Below, in pieces: positions 42,636 through 51,918 of a stretch of DNA of 64,000 nucleotides (the first letter of the stretch is position 1; every line of letters begins with the position of its first letter). The position numbers and the translations under genes are program-made. Origin of the DNA: an uncultured Methanosarcinales archaeon (GTDB taxonomy: Archaea > Nanobdellota > Nanobdellia > Woesearchaeales > GW2011-AR9); assembly GCA_964510085.1 (NCBI GenBank), contig CAZEAB010000004.1:9284-73283 (forward strand). The letters are read 5' to 3'. The notes under the pieces are model-generated. The model ran no database searches, was not told the DNA's origin, and saw nothing but the letters and a program-made list of their open reading frames with translations.

Positions 42636-44831
42636 CTACCCAGCAAATGTCTGGCCCATTATCTTAATCGCAAAGAAGTTAAACAATAACATAACTATGC
42701 CTGCAAGGGTAGTATACAACAGAATACTACTCACTAAATTCTTCCCTAACGCATATCTCTCACCTAACTTATCAGCACCATTCTCAATACCATTAGCCAA
42801 TGTAGTCAGAATATACGCAATTTGAATAATGTAAATACCCACAATTATCTGAAAATAAAATGTAGGAACACCAACACCAAACAAATCTAACAAATTACCA
42901 AAACCACCAGTATCTCCTCCACTTGTAATCTCACGTAATTTACCTGATAACTGTGTTAAAATCAACGAAATCATTGACGTAATACCAATAACAATACCTG
43001 CAATTGCTGGTGTTAAAAACTTCACCTGAGCTTTCATGGAAGAGATTACATCCGCCATTAAATCTTTTAGCCGTGCTTCTACTCGATGTATTTCCTTAAT
43101 ATACCTAGACATACTTAACAAAGCCTGAGCAGCAATTCGAGGTCCTTTCTTAATACTCTCAGCCAAAACTTTCATAGATGACTCAATAACCTTTGACGGA
43201 AACTGAACTAACGCACCAACTTTTGGATCAAACAAAGATTCCTCTAACCCCATACCTAACTTAGTAATATTTCGAGAAGCAAGATTAAAGAAATCTCCAG
43301 ACGTAGTACCATGCATTGTCGTTGCAATTTTGGAAAATGCAATTTCAGCAGGTAAACCATCCCCTAACCGATTACCTAACTGAAATAAAGCAGAAGAAAA
43401 TTCATCCTCTAATAATTTTGTTCTATTTCTAATCTTAATAACATTCTTTGACCGTAACTTAAAATACATCCCAATAGATAACCCTAAACCAGCAACTAAA
43501 ACCAAACTAAGTAAAGAAGCACCTAACCCAAACGGACCCACTTTTTCATTCTCAGCACAATTAGGTCCAACATTTGGAGGGCAAACATAATCCAATAACT
43601 TAATAGTACCATCAGGATTTGCCATTTCAAAACCAGAATCAAGAGTATGTAATATAATTGGACTACCACCAATAATTAATGCTAAAATTAATACAGTCAA
43701 ACTAAAGAACAAAGGATTGATACTAATATTTATCTTACCACCAAGAGGAATATTAACATTTCGTAATTTTTTAATTCCCTTTTTCTTACTAATGTCCGTT
43801 GCACCATACCCGGCAGGACGTTTTGATAAAATCGTCTTACCAAGATAAAACACACCCGTTGGAAGTGTAATATTGTATAAGAAACTAATAATCAGCAGAA
43901 GAACAAATGGATTCATATCACCAGCCATAAAACTTACAACTAAAGGTAAAATTACTAAACCCAATATTGGAAGAATAATACCTAACATATGTAACATAGT
44001 CATAGGAGCTTTCAAATCGTGAGCGTAATGCAACATATTCTCATACGTCCCATTTAACACAACATCTAACGCCTTATCTAATAACGAAAGACGGCGATCT
44101 TCAGTAGATTCAAATAAAGATGCCTCTACCAAATGAAATGCTTCCACAAATTCCTTATCCCAATCCTTCCACTTATCTAAATAATTATCAGCCGCATCTC
44201 GAATAGTACTAAACTTTTCCGTTTCAACATCCCACAAAATTTTTCTAAAATCTAATGACAAAGGGGGTTCAACGTGATTAGCAGCAAATTCAATAGCTCT
44301 CTCTAAGTTTGAAGTATGTCTCATATACGTAACCATGTAAAAAATACTTTGAATCATTTGATTAGATGCTTTCATACGCCAGGTATTTGCCATGAAATCT
44401 GGAACTTTTCTAATAACCATGATAAGAATAAGACCAGTAACTGCACCACCAACTGCAAGAAAATAAAGAGGTTCACCAAAAATGAGGAACGGAATTGCAA
44501 AACCACCAAGAACTCCGAGTAATATAGTAAGTAAACCAGCAAGAAGTGCAAATGATAAAACCCCAGAAGGCGTAACATTCAAATGAGAAACTTCAATATT
44601 CTTCTTAACAACTTCTGCTCTTTTGGGGTCTTCCTTTAATTTCAAAATTTTTTCAGAAAAATTACATGCCTTCTCAAACAACGAATAATGTCCTGGGTAT
44701 AATTCCTTCTTAAAAGTTGTATATTCTTGAGATGAGATTGGTTTTTGTGTTACACTACCTTTCGTACCAAACTCTTCTTCAACACGTTGTTTGTACTTTT
44801 CTAATAAATCCTGGTATTTGTCTTTTTCCAT
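42636..44831 (-). CDS. polytopic membrane protein, probable FlaJ/TadC/PilC-like (T2SS-F) platform protein
   Basis: 731 aa. Two cytoplasmic helical segments (about LSLDFRKILWDV...LDKALDVVLNGTYENM and EDEFSSALFQLGNRLGDGLPAEIAF...ESSMKVLAESIKKGP) are each followed by TM clusters, matching the duplicated T2SS-F architecture. The assignment rests on pattern only. Confidence 0.45.
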   Translation of the reverse strand: MEKDKYQDLLEKYKQRVEEEFGTKGSVTQKPISSQEYTTFKKELYPGHYSLFEKACNFSEKILKLKEDPKRAEVVKKNIEVSHLNVTPSGVLSFALLAGLLTILLGVLGGFAIPFLIFGEPLYFLAVGGAVTGLILIMVIRKVPDFMANTWRMKASNQMIQSIFYMVTYMRHTSNLERAIEFAANHVEPPLSLDFRKILWDVETEKFSTIRDAADNYLDKWKDWDKEFVEAFHLVEASLFESTEDRRLSLLDKALDVVLNGTYENMLHYAHDLKAPMTMLHMLGIILPILGLVILPLVVSFMAGDMNPFVLLLIISFLYNITLPTGVFYLGKTILSKRPAGYGATDISKKKGIKKLRNVNIPLGGKINISINPLFFSLTVLILALIIGGSPIILHTLDSGFEMANPDGTIKLLDYVCPPNVGPNCAENEKVGPFGLGASLLSLVLVAGLGLSIGMYFKLRSKNVIKIRNRTKLLEDEFSSALFQLGNRLGDGLPAEIAFSKIATTMHGTTSGDFFNLASRNITKLGMGLEESLFDPKVGALVQFPSKVIESSMKVLAESIKKGPRIAAQALLSMSRYIKEIHRVEARLKDLMADVISSMKAQVKFLTPAIAGIVIGITSMISLILTQLSGKLREITSGGDTGGFGNLLDLFGVGVPTFYFQIIVGIYIIQIAYILTTLANGIENGADKLGERYALGKNLVSSILLYTTLAGIVMLLFNFFAIKIMGQTFAG

Positions 44832-44912
44832 CTATCTTCTTCTAAGAAGAAGAATATGTTTAAAAAAGTTCTCCTAAAAAACTTTATCTAAAATTAAACA
44901 CATTTGTATATC

Positions 44913-44967
44913 GGGGCACGCCCGAATCGTACCTTTTAGGTACCGGGCTCGACAAGTCAGGGCCCCC
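44913..44967 (+). ncRNA. Copy B of the recurrent structured motif
   Basis: GGGGCACG CCCG AAUC GUACCU-UUU-AGGUAC CGGG CUCGAC AA GUCAGGGCCCCC. Flanked by complementary UUUGUAUAU / AAAUACAAA. It ends 87 nt upstream of the GH15 start. Confidence 0.55.
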
Positions 44968-45053
44968 AAATACAAAATGATGTTATTACATATAATCTTC
45001 TCTTTGAAGAAACTATTATAAACAATGAATTATTACTATAAAACTAAAAAAAG

Positions 45054-47048
45054 ATGGTACGACACTTTGTTCTTGGAAACGGGAACATTTTAGTAGGTTT
45101 AGATAGTTTAGGTAGAATTAGAGACTTCTATTTCCCTTATGTTGGGCAAGAGAATCACGTAAACGGAAAAATACACAAAATAGGAATATGGGTAAACGGA
45201 ATGTTTACTTGGTTTGAATCTGATGAATGGAAAAAAACAATATCATACAAAAAAGAAACACTTATTACAAATATTGTTGCAATTAATGAACGACTTGGAA
45301 TACAAATCACATTTAATGATGGAGTATCTCATGATAAAAACATATTAATACGAAAAATCAAAGTAAAAAATGTACATGATGACACGAAAGAAGTACGTTT
45401 ATTCTTCCACCAACAATTTGACATTTCAGAAGGAAACATAGGAGACACAGTATATTATCACCCATTACTAAAATCTCTTATACACTATAAAGGAAAACGA
45501 TACTTCTTAATGAACGGTTGCGTTGGAAAACAAGGGATTTCTGAATATGCAACAGGTCTCGTAGGAGAATATGGAAAAGAAGGAACGTATAAAGATGCAG
45601 AAGATGGAGTATTAAGTAATAACCCAGTAGAACATGGCTCTGTCGATTCTACATTAGCACTACATCTTCAATTACCTCCTCAAAAATCAAAAGATTGTTA
45701 TTACTGGATTTGTGTTGGAGATTGTTTCCATGATGTTGAAACATTGAATGCAACCATTTTAAATCCAGGTCCACAGAATCTTTTACAAGAAACAGAACAA
45801 CATTGGAAAAAATGGGTTAACAGGACAGATTTCAAATTTATGGATTTGTCAAAGAATGTAATAGATTTATTCAAACGCTCTCTTTTGATAATAAACACAC
45901 AAATGGATAATGGTGGATCAATAATTGCATCATCGGATTCAGAGATGCTTCATTTACGAAGAGATACATATGCGTATATGTGGCCAAGGGACGGAGCTTT
46001 AATTTCTCGTTCTTTAGATAGAGCAGGATATTCTAATTTAACAAGCAAATTTTTTGAATTCTGTACTACTGCTATCTCAAGAGAGGGATATCTTCTTCAT
46101 AAATATAGGCCAGACGGTTCTCTAGGAAGTTCATGGCATTCCTGGTTATATCATGGACATATACAACTTCCAATCCAAGAAGATGAAACAGCTCTCGTAC
46201 TAGATGCATTATGGAAACATTTTCAACAACATGGAAATAAAAAAATAATGAAAAGTTATTTAGACACCTTTGTAAGACCAGCAGCAGAATTTATGCTTTC
46301 ATATATTGATGAAAAAACAGGATTACCAAAAGAAAGTTATGATCTCTGGGAAGAAAAACTAGGAATCCATACATTTACCTCTGCAACAGTCTATGCAGGA
46401 TTTAAAGCAGCAGCTAATTTTGAAAGAGTATTTGGTAAAAAAGAAAAGGGTAAAAAGTATCTAGTTGCTGCTGAACGAGTTAAAGAAGCAATATTAAAAC
46501 ATCTTTATGATCCAGAATTAGGATATTTTGTAAAAATGGCGTACTATGATGGTAATGAACTCAAAAAAGATACAACTCTAGATATGAGTAGCGCGTATGG
46601 AGTATTCCAATTTGGTGTCCTTGACAGCGATGATGAAAGAATAGAATCTTCTATGAATGCTTGTTTGGAAAGGCTTTCTCTTAATACAAACTCAGGAGGA
46701 CATGCTAGATATGTAAATGATTATTATTACCGTGTTGATAAAGAAGGCACACCAGGAAATCCTTGGTTCATAACCTCATTATGGGTAGCAGAATATTATA
46801 TACATAAAGCGTATAATAAAAAAATGTTACAACCGGCAATAGATATCTTTAACTGGGTAGCATCACATACATTAGAAACAGGAGTTCTTTCAGAACAACT
46901 TAACCCCCACACTTCGGAACCAGTATCAGTAGCACCATTAACCTGGAGTCATGCAGGCTTCGTCATCGCAATTAATAAATACTTAGAGAAACTAGATAAT
47001 TTAGGGATATGCACGATGTGTAATCCACCAAAATATAAAGAAAAATGA
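45054..47048 (+). CDS. GH15-family glucoamylase/glucodextranase-like glycoside hydrolase
   Basis: The N-terminal LGNGNILVGLDSLGRIRDFYFPYVG beta-sandwich and the (alpha/alpha)6 motifs YMWPRDGA, DLWEE and LTWSHA are typical of archaeal GH15. Confidence 0.8.
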   Translation: MVRHFVLGNGNILVGLDSLGRIRDFYFPYVGQENHVNGKIHKIGIWVNGMFTWFESDEWKKTISYKKETLITNIVAINERLGIQITFNDGVSHDKNILIRKIKVKNVHDDTKEVRLFFHQQFDISEGNIGDTVYYHPLLKSLIHYKGKRYFLMNGCVGKQGISEYATGLVGEYGKEGTYKDAEDGVLSNNPVEHGSVDSTLALHLQLPPQKSKDCYYWICVGDCFHDVETLNATILNPGPQNLLQETEQHWKKWVNRTDFKFMDLSKNVIDLFKRSLLIINTQMDNGGSIIASSDSEMLHLRRDTYAYMWPRDGALISRSLDRAGYSNLTSKFFEFCTTAISREGYLLHKYRPDGSLGSSWHSWLYHGHIQLPIQEDETALVLDALWKHFQQHGNKKIMKSYLDTFVRPAAEFMLSYIDEKTGLPKESYDLWEEKLGIHTFTSATVYAGFKAAANFERVFGKKEKGKKYLVAAERVKEAILKHLYDPELGYFVKMAYYDGNELKKDTTLDMSSAYGVFQFGVLDSDDERIESSMNACLERLSLNTNSGGHARYVNDYYYRVDKEGTPGNPWFITSLWVAEYYIHKAYNKKMLQPAIDIFNWVASHTLETGVLSEQLNPHTSEPVSVAPLTWSHAGFVIAINKYLEKLDNLGICTMCNPPKYKEK

Positions 47049-47078
47049 ATAAGGAGAAGATTTTGAAATAATTATTGT

Positions 47079-47111
47079 GGGGCACGCCCGAATCGTACAG
47101 GCCACCCACAA
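47079..47111 (+). ncRNA. Copy D (5' half only) of the recurrent structured motif
   Basis: GGGGCACGCCCGAAUCGUAC is identical to the first 20 nt of copy B, then diverges (AGGCCACCCACAA). An alternative outer stem is UUGUGGG/CCCACAA. It ends 83 nt upstream of the glycogen synthase start. Confidence 0.35.
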
Positions 47112-47193
47112 AGAATATTCCAAAAATAATGTAAATGACAAAAGTACAAAAAATGTATACATTTTTGAACATCCAAAGTGAGGTGCCTTCACT

Positions 47194-48396
47194 TTGAAAG
47201 TATTAATGTTTGGATGGGAATTCCCTCCCTTTCACAGTGGAGGACTAGGAACAGCATGTTACGGTCTCACAAAAGGACTTTATAACCACGGAGTTGATGT
47301 AACATTTGTCGTACCAAGATTACCAGAAGTAGCAGACTCAGAATTCGTAAAACTTGTAGCAGCAAACGAAACAGCAACAGTAATCCCCATAAATTCTCCA
47401 TTACAAGCATATATGACAGAAGAAGAATACACAATCATGATGAACGAAGAATACTCTCCAACAAAAACAAAATCAATGTATGGTGGGAATTTATTTTCTG
47501 AAGTAAAAAGATATGCACAGAAAGCACAACAAATTGCAGAAGAACAGGAACATGACATAATACATGCACACGATTGGATGACATACCAAGCAGGTTATGC
47601 AGCAAAAAAAATATCTGGAAAACCTCTTGTGCTACATATACATGCAACAGAATTTGATAGAACTGGAGGAAATGGATTACATCCATTCGTACATCAGATA
47701 GAAAGAGAAGGTTTCGAAAACGCAGATAAAATAATTGCAGTAAGTAGGTTTACAAAACGGAAATTAGTTGAAAAGTATAATGTAAATCCAGATAAAATAG
47801 AAGTAGTACATAACGCAGTTGAATTAACCCCACAACCCGTTCGTAAAGAACGAACAAAAAACGTATTGTTTTTAGGAAGAGTTACGTTACAAAAAGGTCC
47901 AGATTACTTCATCTCAGCTGCGAAAAGAGTTTTAGAATTACGAAAAGATGTTACATTCATTATGGCGGGATCTGGTGACATGCAACGGTCTCAAATAGAA
48001 AAAGCAGCAGAACTTGGAATAGGCGATAAAATTCTTTTCACGGGATTTTTACGAGGAAAAGACGTAGACAAAGCATATCAAATGGCGGATCTTTACGTAA
48101 TGCCATCTGTCTCAGAACCATTTGGCATCACGCCATTAGAATCACTTAACAACAACGTACCTGTCCTAATATCAAAACAATCAGGCGTATCTGAAGTACT
48201 ACATCATTGCTTGAAAGTCGATTTCTGGGATATAGATGAAATGGCAAGTAAGATTATTTCAGTATTAGATAATGATATTTTGTGGAAAAGTTTACGAAAG
48301 AATGGTGCTAAAGAAGTTTCAAAGTTTAGTTGGAATGAACCTGCTTCTAAATGTGTTAACGTATATGATAATTTGATGGTTAAAGTTGAAGGGTAG
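47194..48396 (+). CDS. glgA: glycogen synthase-like glycosyltransferase (GT-B, GT4/GT5)
   Basis: MKVLMFGWEFPPFHSGGLGTACYGL N-terminus and a C-terminal E..G...LE motif (SEPFGITPLESL). TTG start is preceded by the SD-like GAGGTG. An alternative ATG lies at 47206. Confidence 0.7.
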   Translation: MKVLMFGWEFPPFHSGGLGTACYGLTKGLYNHGVDVTFVVPRLPEVADSEFVKLVAANETATVIPINSPLQAYMTEEEYTIMMNEEYSPTKTKSMYGGNLFSEVKRYAQKAQQIAEEQEHDIIHAHDWMTYQAGYAAKKISGKPLVLHIHATEFDRTGGNGLHPFVHQIEREGFENADKIIAVSRFTKRKLVEKYNVNPDKIEVVHNAVELTPQPVRKERTKNVLFLGRVTLQKGPDYFISAAKRVLELRKDVTFIMAGSGDMQRSQIEKAAELGIGDKILFTGFLRGKDVDKAYQMADLYVMPSVSEPFGITPLESLNNNVPVLISKQSGVSEVLHHCLKVDFWDIDEMASKIISVLDNDILWKSLRKNGAKEVSKFSWNEPASKCVNVYDNLMVKVEG

Positions 48397-48422
48397 GAAG
48401 TCTATCCAGAATGAAATAAAAA

Positions 48423-48559
48423 TGTATACTGGGGCACGGCAGATTCGTTTAGTTTATAACTAAACCTGCCTCGACTCATGAAAATCAAAACATATTGATT
48501 TTCAGAGCTTAAATGAAATCCTTGTTTCATTTAATGCTACGTCAGGGCGCCAGTATACA
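48423..48559 (+). ncRNA. Copy C (expanded) of the recurrent structured motif
   Basis: UGUAUACUGGGGCACG GCAG AUUC GUUUAGUU-UAU-AACUAAAC CUGC CUCGAC [two extra perfect hairpins, 48475-48540] GUCAGGGCGCCAGUAUACA. It ends 81 nt upstream of ATG 48640. Confidence 0.55.
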
Positions 48560-48639
48560 AATTACATTCATTCTGAACAGACTAATGTAGGAATACCTTT
48601 TTATACTATAACTCATTACTTTACACCTAAGAGGGTAGA

Positions 48640-49368
48640 ATGAGCAAGCAAATTTTAAACGAAGTACATCCAGATAGTCAGTTCTGGCTAGCTGATGGAA
48701 AGACTCTTAAGAATCTACATGAATTACGAAATGCCCTCCAACAAATGGATGATACAGTCTTCGGCCATCATGTTAATGAAGAAAGACATGACTTTCATAA
48801 CTGGGTAAAAGATGTTCATCAAGATGAAAAACTAGCAGAAGCAATGTTGCAACAAAAACATAGGAAAGGTGTTCTTTATGAAGTTGCTCGTAGAATTAAG
48901 GAAGTAGAAGGTTATATTGGAAATTCAAAGATAGAGTATGCAAAAAAGAAATCATTGAAAAAAGAATCTAAAAACAAAAATCTCAAAAAAGCAACCGTTA
49001 CAAAAGTAAAAAAAGCAACTTCAACTAAAAAATCAATAAAAAGAAAGAAAAAAAGTTCTGTAAAAAAACTAAGTAAGGAAGACAAGGAGATTAAAGAAAT
49101 TAATAAAGCACTACAAGAACCAGATAGATTATTTACATTCGATTTTCTCACAAAATTTACAATCAACAATAAAATTGAAACTATTGCAATAACTACTGCA
49201 ATTGCATTCTCATTGATAATACTTGCAAGTAACTCAACCGGACCAAATATAACTGGAGCAGTAATTGGTTCGGCAGGAGCGTTTTCAATCTCTGGAATAA
49301 TCGCTGCAACAGGAGTAATTACACTTCTCTTCATGACATTATACTTCATGCAGCAAGAAAAATGGTAA
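48640..49368 (+). CDS. hypothetical protein: conserved N-terminal domain + Lys-rich linker + C-terminal TM
   Basis: The N-terminal ~75 aa (FWLADGKTLKNLHELRNALQQMDDTVFGHHVNEERHDFHNWVKDVHQDEKLA) is paralogous to ORF 50549-50857. The C-terminus has one or two TM helices. Confidence 0.5.
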   Translation: MSKQILNEVHPDSQFWLADGKTLKNLHELRNALQQMDDTVFGHHVNEERHDFHNWVKDVHQDEKLAEAMLQQKHRKGVLYEVARRIKEVEGYIGNSKIEYAKKKSLKKESKNKNLKKATVTKVKKATSTKKSIKRKKKSSVKKLSKEDKEIKEINKALQEPDRLFTFDFLTKFTINNKIETIAITTAIAFSLIILASNSTGPNITGAVIGSAGAFSISGIIAATGVITLLFMTLYFMQQEKW

Positions 49369-50597
49369 GTATCTGCTTTTACTTCCAAGTACATCAACCT
49401 TTTCGACTAAGTAGATATAAAGTATTTGATATTGGTTCAACAAGAGATTATTTTGACGAAGAAAAAAATTCTGCAGTACTCCAGAAAGTTGCAAAAAAAT
49501 GTTACTTACCAACAAATAAACTTTTACTAGCACTAATTCGATTACATCCAGAATTTAAAATAAGTTTCAGTTTTTCTGGCGTATTCTTAGAACAATGCGA
49601 AAAATATATGCCAGAAGTTCTAGAAAGTTTTAAGGAATTGGTAAAAACAGGAAACGTAGAAATCCTTGCAGAAACATATTATCATTCCCTTGCATTTCTC
49701 TACTCAGAAACAGAATTTGAAGAACAAGTTAACATGCATATGGCAACAATTAAACGACTTTTTAACGTTACTCCCACCGTATTTAGAAATACTGAATTAA
49801 TTTATCAAAATGCTCTTGCAAGAAAAGTAGAAGATATGGGATTCAAAGCAATTCTCTTAGAAGGATGGGATAACATCCTTGAATGGAGATCGCCTAACTT
49901 TGTGTATAAATCTTTACTTGGAAATCTTCCTTTATTATGTAAAAATTATCGTCTCTCAGATGATGTCGCATTCAGATTTTCAAACAAAGAATGGAAAGAA
50001 CATCCACTAAGCGTAGAAAAATATGCCTCCTGGATTAACGAAGTAAATGGAACTGGAGATACAGTTAACTTATTTATGGATTACGAAACATTTGGAGAAC
50101 ATCAATGGGAGTCAACAGGAATCTTTGAATTCCTACGGCATCTTCCTGGAGCTTTATTACAACATCCAGATAATAACTTCAAATTTCCAAGTGAAATAGC
50201 AGAATACCCTGCACGAGATGTTTTAGATATTCACGAACCTTTATCCTGGGCGGATATGGAAAGAGATGTAAGTGCGTGGCTTGGAAATGACATGCAGAGA
50301 TCTGCAATACAAAAATTATATGCACTCGAAACATATATTAAGGAGAAAAATAATCCAGAACTATTGCACTTATGGAGAAAGATGCAAACATCTGACCATT
50401 TTTACTACATGTGTACGAAATGGTTTAATGATGGTGATGTTCATAAGTACTTTAATCCGTATGACAGCCCTTATGATGCGTTCATATATTACATGAATGT
50501 TTTTAAGGACTTACAAGATAAATTAGAAGAAAAAGGAGTGGTAGAAACATGGCAGCAAAAAGAAAAAAATCAGAAACAGCTAAGGGAGTACGCGTAG
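49362..50597 (+). CDS. GH57-family glycoside hydrolase (alpha-amylase / branching-enzyme-like)
   Basis: ICFYFQVHQPFRL N-terminus, and later FMDYETFGEHQW containing the GH57 E/D region. Confidence 0.7.
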   Translation: MVSICFYFQVHQPFRLSRYKVFDIGSTRDYFDEEKNSAVLQKVAKKCYLPTNKLLLALIRLHPEFKISFSFSGVFLEQCEKYMPEVLESFKELVKTGNVEILAETYYHSLAFLYSETEFEEQVNMHMATIKRLFNVTPTVFRNTELIYQNALARKVEDMGFKAILLEGWDNILEWRSPNFVYKSLLGNLPLLCKNYRLSDDVAFRFSNKEWKEHPLSVEKYASWINEVNGTGDTVNLFMDYETFGEHQWESTGIFEFLRHLPGALLQHPDNNFKFPSEIAEYPARDVLDIHEPLSWADMERDVSAWLGNDMQRSAIQKLYALETYIKEKNNPELLHLWRKMQTSDHFYYMCTKWFNDGDVHKYFNPYDSPYDAFIYYMNVFKDLQDKLEEKGVVETWQQKEKNQKQLREYA

Positions 50598-50857
50598 CAA
50601 AAAAATCATATTTAGACGTTCAACATGAACATCATCAATTCTTTGCAAATGATGGACAGATTCTAAAGAATATAAGTGAATTACCAAAAGCGTTACAAAA
50701 TATGGATGCACAAACATTTGCACATCATGTTAATGGTGATAAAAACGATTTTGCAAGTTGGACAGAACATGTATTTGGAGACGACAAACTTGCAGGAACA
50801 TTACGTGGACTAAAGAAAAAACCAAGTATTATTCGTGCAATTCGACGGCATTTTTAA
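50549..50857 (+). CDS. hypothetical protein, paralog of the N-terminal domain of ORF 48640
   Basis: FFANDGQILKNISELPKALQNMDAQTFAHHVNGDKNDFASWTEHVFGDDKLA. It overlaps the GH57 3' end by 49 nt, so the start is uncertain. Confidence 0.45.
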   Translation: MAAKRKKSETAKGVRVAKKSYLDVQHEHHQFFANDGQILKNISELPKALQNMDAQTFAHHVNGDKNDFASWTEHVFGDDKLAGTLRGLKKKPSIIRAIRRHF

Positions 50858-51853
50858 ATGAAAGAAATTACTTATGTTAACAGGATTCCCTCAATCAAGA
50901 ATGGGACTTTAGCTGTTGACATTGGTGGCACAAATACTAATTTTGGAATATTTCACAAAAAAAAGTTACTTCTTTCTCTCCATTTTAAAAGTTCAGAAAT
51001 CACTAAATTTAGCCATATAATAAAGAGAGTTCTTAAACACATCAAAGAGAAATACAACATTACCTGCATTAAAGCAGGAGTTGCTGCCGCAGGAAGATTA
51101 CATCAGAATAATATTGAACTAACTAATCAGAAATGGAATGTAAAAAAGAAAGATCTTCCGTTCATAAAAGTTCGATTGATGAACGACTTTCAAGCACTTG
51201 CATATGGCATTGATGTGTTATCAAAAAATAAGATTCTACCAGTAAAAACAGGAACAGCAGACAAAGGTCCACGAATTTTATTAGGTGCAGGAACGGGTTT
51301 AGGAAAATCAATATTGCTTCATAATGGAAAGAAGTATGAACCCCTTCCTTCTGAGGGAGGTCATGGAAATTTTGCACCGATGAATGAAGACGAATATAAA
51401 TTACTGAAATTTTTACAAAAAAGATTGAAAAGAGAAGTAATAGAATGGGAAGACGTCCTATCAGGAAGAGGTCTAACAAATATCTACCTCTATCTTAATT
51501 CAAAGAGATTTAAGAAGACAACACATACTCAGAAAATAATCACTTCAGGATTCCATTCTCTTGCTATCTGTGCAGGTAGAAATACAGACCCACAATCAAT
51601 GGAGGTATTCAAATATTTCACACGATTTTATGCAAGATGTGCAAGAAACTTTGCATTAGATGTATTAGCATCTGGTGGAGTATATATTGGTGGTGGGATA
51701 GCAGCAAATCATTACCCAATCTTTCGAAAACTTGGATTTGCAAAAGAATTTTTGAATGCACATAAAATGAAAGATTTCTTAAAGAAAGTACCTGTATATG
51801 TGATTAAAGATTATAATATCAGTTTGTACGGTGCAATGGCGAGTGTTGAATAG
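50858..51853 (+). CDS. glk: glucokinase (Glk family)
   Basis: LAVDIGGTNTNFGIF phosphate-1 motif, GAGTGLG, and a GGVYIGGGIA C-terminal motif. Confidence 0.7.
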   Translation: MKEITYVNRIPSIKNGTLAVDIGGTNTNFGIFHKKKLLLSLHFKSSEITKFSHIIKRVLKHIKEKYNITCIKAGVAAAGRLHQNNIELTNQKWNVKKKDLPFIKVRLMNDFQALAYGIDVLSKNKILPVKTGTADKGPRILLGAGTGLGKSILLHNGKKYEPLPSEGGHGNFAPMNEDEYKLLKFLQKRLKREVIEWEDVLSGRGLTNIYLYLNSKRFKKTTHTQKIITSGFHSLAICAGRNTDPQSMEVFKYFTRFYARCARNFALDVLASGGVYIGGGIAANHYPIFRKLGFAKEFLNAHKMKDFLKKVPVYVIKDYNISLYGAMASVE

Positions 51854-51879
51854 TTTTTGATTTTTAAGATTTCAACCAT

Positions 51880-51891
51880 AAGCTTTATAAA
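51880..51891 (+). promoter_or_regulatory. BRE/TATA-like box AAGCTTTATAAA
   Basis: Lies 27 nt upstream of the sufB ATG and is identical to the 12-mer at 2271-2282. Confidence 0.45.
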
Positions 51892-51918
51892 CCAACATTA
51901 ACAATTGTTAATCCTACA

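Noticed and set aside
44948-44967. Similarity of ACAAGUCAGGGCC to the RNase P RNA CR-I block (GAAAGUCCGGGC)
   Set aside because: The element is only ~55 nt, occurs in at least five copies and lacks the other RNase P conserved regions. The resemblance is probably coincidental.
44913-44967. H/ACA guide RNA interpretation of the motif (hairpin followed by AUACAA / ACA-like sequence)
   Set aside because: Guide RNAs vary in their pocket sequences and conserve their stems or K-turn. Here the unpaired blocks are invariant and the stems vary. Several copies with an identical pocket would be redundant. This is not fully excluded.
48912-49397. 161-aa minus-strand ORF
   Set aside because: It lies antisense to the Lys-rich (AAA/AAG) linker and TM region of ORF 48640. 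The poly-Phe/Leu product is an expected mirror artefact.
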